DNA of 64,000 nt from Deltaproteobacteria bacterium (GTDB taxonomy: Bacteria > SAR324 > NAC60-12). The notes beneath the pieces are model-generated. The model worked only from the letters and a program-made list of their open reading frames with translations. It had not been told where the DNA came from and did not search any database. The stretch spans positions 2,027 through 66,026 of the forward strand of contig NYXK01000186.1 of the NCBI GenBank assembly GCA_002685535.1. Reading direction: 5' to 3'. Of this stretch, positions 59,868 through 64,000 are shown piece after piece. The position numbers and the translations under genes were made by a program. Position 1 is the stretch's first letter; the number at the start of each line of letters is the position of its first letter.

Positions 59868-61415
59868 TCATCTCCCCGGCAGAGTAATAGCAGCCCTCCT
59901 AGCCTCAGGGCTGACTTGTCCCTCCCTGGCACTCAGCACAGCCTCCTCCTCATCCTCCTCCAGATAATCTTCTTCATCCTCATCTAAATCTGGGACACCC
60001 ATAACAGCTCTCCACACACGCTGCCACATGCCCTTCTTCTCAGCAAGAGCCAAGATCATCACCACTGGCAAATGCCACACACTAGCCCAGAACAGACTCC
60101 TCGCACTCCCCTTCTGACCCTCAAGCCTCCAGAACTGTACGGCCCCTCTCAGCAGCCAAATATTCGCTGGTGCGCTCGCGACTGCGAAACTCCACTCCGT
60201 CACATTGTAGTAGCAAAGCCCAATGCAGATCGGGAAGAAGAGCAACGAGTATCTCAGCGCGACTCTAGCATTTCGCGCCGGATTTACCCAAGCTAGCATT
60301 TTGTAGCCTGCATTCTTATATTCGTCACGGATAGACCAGGAGAGCGGCATGAAGTGTGCAAATTGCCATGCAATCAGTAGAGCAGCCAGCAGCCACCCTC
60401 CAGCATTCTGTTCACCTAGCAAGAGCTCTCTCCAGTCCCCGTGGGTTGCAGATTGCCCTGCTGCTGCTGCCCACCCCATCAAGGGAGGAATCCCACCAAC
60501 AATTGCGCCGAACCAGGTATTGATTACGCTGATACGTTTCAAAGGCGTGTAGACTCCTGCGTAGATGGCTATATTCAGCGCTCCTAGGAAGGAGACGGTC
60601 GGATTGACACCAAAGTATAAAGCTGTCGTTCCACCGATACCCGCGAGAATTGCGAAAAGTGCTGCTCCGCGAGTGGATATTAAACCTCGTACCAATGGTC
60701 GATTCCTTGTTCGAGCCATTAAGGCATCCCATTTCGGCTCGTAGAGCATGTTCAAGGTATTTGCGGAAGCGGCGCACAGGGCCGTGCCTGTCGTGAGGAA
60801 AAGTAAGGTGAGTGGCGAGAGGGATGGCGTATCGGTCGCAGATGGAAGAAGGAGTTCGGGAACGGGATATAGAGAGTATGAAGCGCATGCTGTGAGGACG
60901 ACGAGGACGGAGAGGCGGGGTTTCGAGAGGGAGAGGAGGACGGGGATCAGTCGTCGTATCGAATTCGAGGGGGCATTGGCAGCAGACGTCGAGAGATTCG
61001 AAGAAGCATTCGCTGGCAAGACAAGATCTGCTTCTTTGGCTGCGCGACGGGCAGCTTGCCGTCGTCTGTGGGGGAGATCGTGTGTGGATGTCGGTGGAGG
61101 GGCAGTGGTCGAGGGGGATTTCGAGGCCTCATTTTCTGCAGCAATTGAATTCGATTCCGATATAGAGGCAGTCAGTGCTCCTCTCTTCGTACTCAATCGA
61201 GCCCTTTCCAACAAAGCATTTCCAGAAAAGTATTCTGCTCGAAGTCTTGTCGTCGTTCCGGCCGCTGCCAGCGCAGCTTTAACATTCGATTTCTGTGAGA
61301 ATTGCCTGGTCACGGCGCGCCGTGCAGGCTTTGCTGTCGAGAGCAGACATGATAGACATACGGTGCTGAGGCCATTGGATCGAAAGGCACTCACTGGAGG
61401 AGACCGTATAATCAT
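59868..61415 (-). CDS. COX10: Protoheme IX farnesyltransferase (heme O synthase), mitochondrial
   Basis: UbiA-prenyltransferase / COX10 blocks are present: LSKPRLSVLVVLT, ASANTLNMLYEPKWDALMARTRNRPLVRG, YTPLKRISVINTWFGAIVGGIPPLMGWAAA and multiple TM segments. The first true ATG in frame is 61415 (MIIRSPPVSAFRSNG, presequence-like). The track start at 61523 is a TTG. Confidence 0.9.
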   Translation of the reverse strand: MIIRSPPVSAFRSNGLSTVCLSCLLSTAKPARRAVTRQFSQKSNVKAALAAAGTTTRLRAEYFSGNALLERARLSTKRGALTASISESNSIAAENEASKSPSTTAPPPTSTHDLPHRRRQAARRAAKEADLVLPANASSNLSTSAANAPSNSIRRLIPVLLSLSKPRLSVLVVLTACASYSLYPVPELLLPSATDTPSLSPLTLLFLTTGTALCAASANTLNMLYEPKWDALMARTRNRPLVRGLISTRGAALFAILAGIGGTTALYFGVNPTVSFLGALNIAIYAGVYTPLKRISVINTWFGAIVGGIPPLMGWAAAAGQSATHGDWRELLLGEQNAGGWLLAALLIAWQFAHFMPLSWSIRDEYKNAGYKMLAWVNPARNARVALRYSLLFFPICIGLCYYNVTEWSFAVASAPANIWLLRGAVQFWRLEGQKGSARSLFWASVWHLPVVMILALAEKKGMWQRVWRAVMGVPDLDEDEEDYLEEDEEEAVLSAREGQVSPEARRAAITLPGR

Positions 61416-62437
61416 AGCTTGTTGCTGGTGTTGAGCGGCATTAGCAATGTTATCGACATGGACGTGTTTTTGGCTGAAGGTCCTCGCCTCGCATGATGGT
61501 CTCGGGATTTGCCGATGGTCCAATCAAAACGTCTGGATTCATGACTGAGTAGATACATCTTCACATCACTCTTCTCAACTTTTTTATGTCTTGATTCAAC
61601 ATTGTATTCAAGAATAGCGACACAAAAAGCTCTTCCCAAGCACTGTTTATAATATTCCGCAGGTCTTGTTCATTTAAACAGCCATCACGTTTATCGCACC
61701 TGACTTGGTGCCTCGGCAGACGTTTCTGATTACTATCTCGCTTGTTTTTCTCCTTCGGCCGTACCACCAGCACCCATCGCATTCGTTTGGTCAACAAGGT
61801 CTTTCACCAAGCCACAAACACAGACAACCACAGATGATTTGACTTTGGAAGGACTCTAGGCATCGCTTTTAGCTTCTTACGCCGAGTCGCGAATCGCTTC
61901 CCGCATCTGAAAGTTCAGATGGGGTTTCGCTTGCCTGCTTCGAGAAAGTCATGCAAGCCCATACGTAGAAGCTCATGATGCCATGGCCCTTTAAAACCCC
62001 GTCTTCTGCTGGGTCTAAGTCGGTGTCTCTTCACACCGATTCTTTGGTCATGTCCTTGGACAAAAGTTTATTTACTCATCTTCCTCCGTGGAGCCCCCCC
62101 CTCTGCCATGCCTTCTCCGGAGCCGACCAAACTGTCGGCACAGTGGTTGGCTCGTAATGTTGGGAGAACAGCGGGGACGGAAACGGGATATTTCTTCCTT
62201 GCGTGCGCGTTCAGAGTCATTGACGTTGTTATATTAGGGTGGCCATGGTATTTCTCTGAAGTTCTGGTTCTTGTCTCAGATTCTCACGCAGCTGTTGATC
62301 GACATATTCCTCCAGTTTTCGACACTCAGTATTTGACATTCTACATTGCACTATAGCATTTGCTCTAGATTTCTGCATCACACAAATAAGCATTCAATTT
62401 ACACACTACTTTGCCTGTTATTACCGTGGTCGACAAC

Positions 62438-64000
62438 ATGCCAGACAAGGACCTCGAAGAAGGGGTGATCCCGTCAAGGAACTCAACATCGTCCGATGCA
62501 GCTACCAAAGAAGGGGACGAAACAGATTCCCCCGCATCTGGAAGTGATGTCGATGCAGCAGAATCCTCTTCCAAGATAGAATGGGATTCCCCGGAAGACA
62601 GTGGAGATCCGCACAATTGGGCTTTCTCTAAGAAAGCTCTCCACACGGCGATACCCGCGCTGTACGGCTTCACTGTGTGAGTATCCTTGTATCATTTCTC
62701 CTTTGCCCGACTAATGTTCTATAGTACCGTCGCGACCTCAGCCTATACACCAGCGATACCGATCATCATGCAGAAATTCCAAGTTGAACGAGAAGTCGCC
62801 GTCCTTCCTCTATCTATGTATACTTTCGGCTTCGTGCTTGGTCCATTGGTCGCTGCTCCAATGTCGGAAATTTATGGCCGCAGAATTGTGTATTGGGTTA
62901 CAATGCCTCTCTTAATGATATTCATTGCTATCTCTGGATCAGCAAACAACATCACTACCCTCACTGTGATGCGTCTCCTCGCTGGAATTGGTGGTTCGGG
63001 GGCACTGGCAATTGGTGCTGGTATGTTGATGTTGCTTCATCTCCGTTCGCATCTCTAACAATCACAGGAACTATCTCAGACATCTGGGATCGCAAGCATG
63101 CAGGCAGAGCAGCTCTGTCCTTTGTGATGGCACCATTCCTCGGTCCAGCACTTGGTCCGCTCATCGGGGCATACATCATTGACCAATACAATAACAACTG
63201 GCGATTTACACAATGGGTGATTCTGTTCATCGCAGCTCCTATATTCCTCATATCGCTTGTCATGCAAGAGACAATGAAAAGTAGAATCTTGTATCTGCGC
63301 GCAAAGAAAGTCACAGGCAAGGCTTCTCGTCAAGAAGGCGACACCCATCTCCTGTTACGCAAACTAGGCGCGGGACTTTTTCGACCATTCCACATGATGC
63401 TATTGGAAGTACGCACTCTCCTCCCTCATATGCTTCTTCACGAACCCAAATTCCAAGCCCGTACTGACTCACTTCCCAGCCTCTCGTATCATTCCTCAGC
63501 ATCTACACCGGCTTCTCCTTCGCCATGATGTTCTCCTTCTTCGGCTCCTACAACTACGTCTTCCAATCTGTCTACGGCTTCAACCAAAAAGAAATCGGCC
63601 TCACTTTCCTTGGTATCCTAGTCGGGTTCCTGTTCGCAGTAATGTCATTCGGTATTTTTGACGCCACACTGTACACGAAAGCCTCGATCAAGGCAAACCA
63701 TAATCCAGCTCCTGAGCACCGATTGTATGCTGCAATGTTGGGTTCTATCATGTTACCAATTGGGCTGTTTTGGTTCGCTTGGGCTCCTGGGAAAGATGTG
63801 CATTGGATTGTGCCGGTGCTTGCTGGTGTCCCATTTGGGTGGGGATCGCTGGCTATTTTTGTATGTCGTTCTTACAACCATATCCCGCTTGCCATATCTT
63901 CATCAACATCATTGACAACAACACCCCGCTAACTCTTTACAGATCTCTGCAACTACCTATCTCGTCGACGTCTACCAAGCTACGAATGGGGCCTCCGCTG
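62438..64000 (+). CDS. MFS transporter, DHA1-type drug/polyamine:H+ antiporter (3' end outside the window)
   Basis: Characteristic blocks: PHNWAFSKKALHTA, LPLSMYTFGFVLGPLVAAPMSEIYGRR, MRLLAGIGGSGALAIGAG|TISDIW and FVMAPFLGPALGPLIGAY. Exons are 62438..62676, 62725..63020, 63068..63408, 63480..63860 and 63943..>64000 (introns of 48, 47, 71 and 82 nt). Phases close. Confidence 0.85.

Noticed and set aside
60748-61434. 228-aa ORF on the plus strand
   Set aside because: It is antisense to COX10. The minus-strand frame carries unmistakable heme O synthase motifs, and the plus-strand product is low-complexity Arg/Ala/Glu.
1-64000. Prokaryote-type features (operons, CRISPR arrays, RBS-led ORFs) and the many short ORFs whose 'M' is a TTG/GTG/CTG codon
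   Set aside because: The window is clearly eukaryotic, with spliced genes, consensus GT-AG introns and fungal gene families. I saw no direct-repeat/spacer array. Alternative start codons in the track are artefacts of the bacterial translation table.

Overview
This is eukaryotic nuclear DNA, almost certainly from a filamentous ascomycete. The evidence is that genes are split by short (44-170 nt) GT-AG introns with CTAAC/CTGAC-type branch sites, and that lineage-typical families are present (2EXR proteins, a Zn2Cys6 factor, GH55, LysM/WSC/CBM18, NUP permease). By joining the supplied ORFs through splice sites whose codon phases close, I could support about 20 protein-coding models. The ordinary genes are DPH2, COX10, an IKS1-like kinase, a purine nucleoside permease, two MFS transporters, a BBE-like FAD oxidase, a Myb-like factor and an 873-aa conserved protein. 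The accessory-looking content has three parts. (1) A 17-exon GH55 beta-1,3-glucanase whose reading frame continues into a ~400-aa cysteine-rich plus glycine-zipper C-terminal module, followed 1.2 kb downstream on the same strand by a secreted LysM-WSC-CBM18x5 protein. (2) A 6.4-kb, 5-exon gene encoding a 2,052-aa protein with about seven internal repeat modules and about nine zinc-finger-like motifs. (3) A tandem array of 2EXR-family genes (one carrying in-frame stops) next to a short, apparently degenerate Zn2Cys6 gene, with further 2EXR/F-box-like genes scattered through the window. I saw no rRNA, tRNA, CRISPR array or intact transposon. The first ~7.9 kb has no gene model I can support. Caveats: the ORF track uses bacterial start rules, so many leading 'M' residues are really TTG/GTG/CTG. 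All domain calls come from motif recognition by eye with no searches run. Several frame discontinuities could be assembly indels rather than biology.
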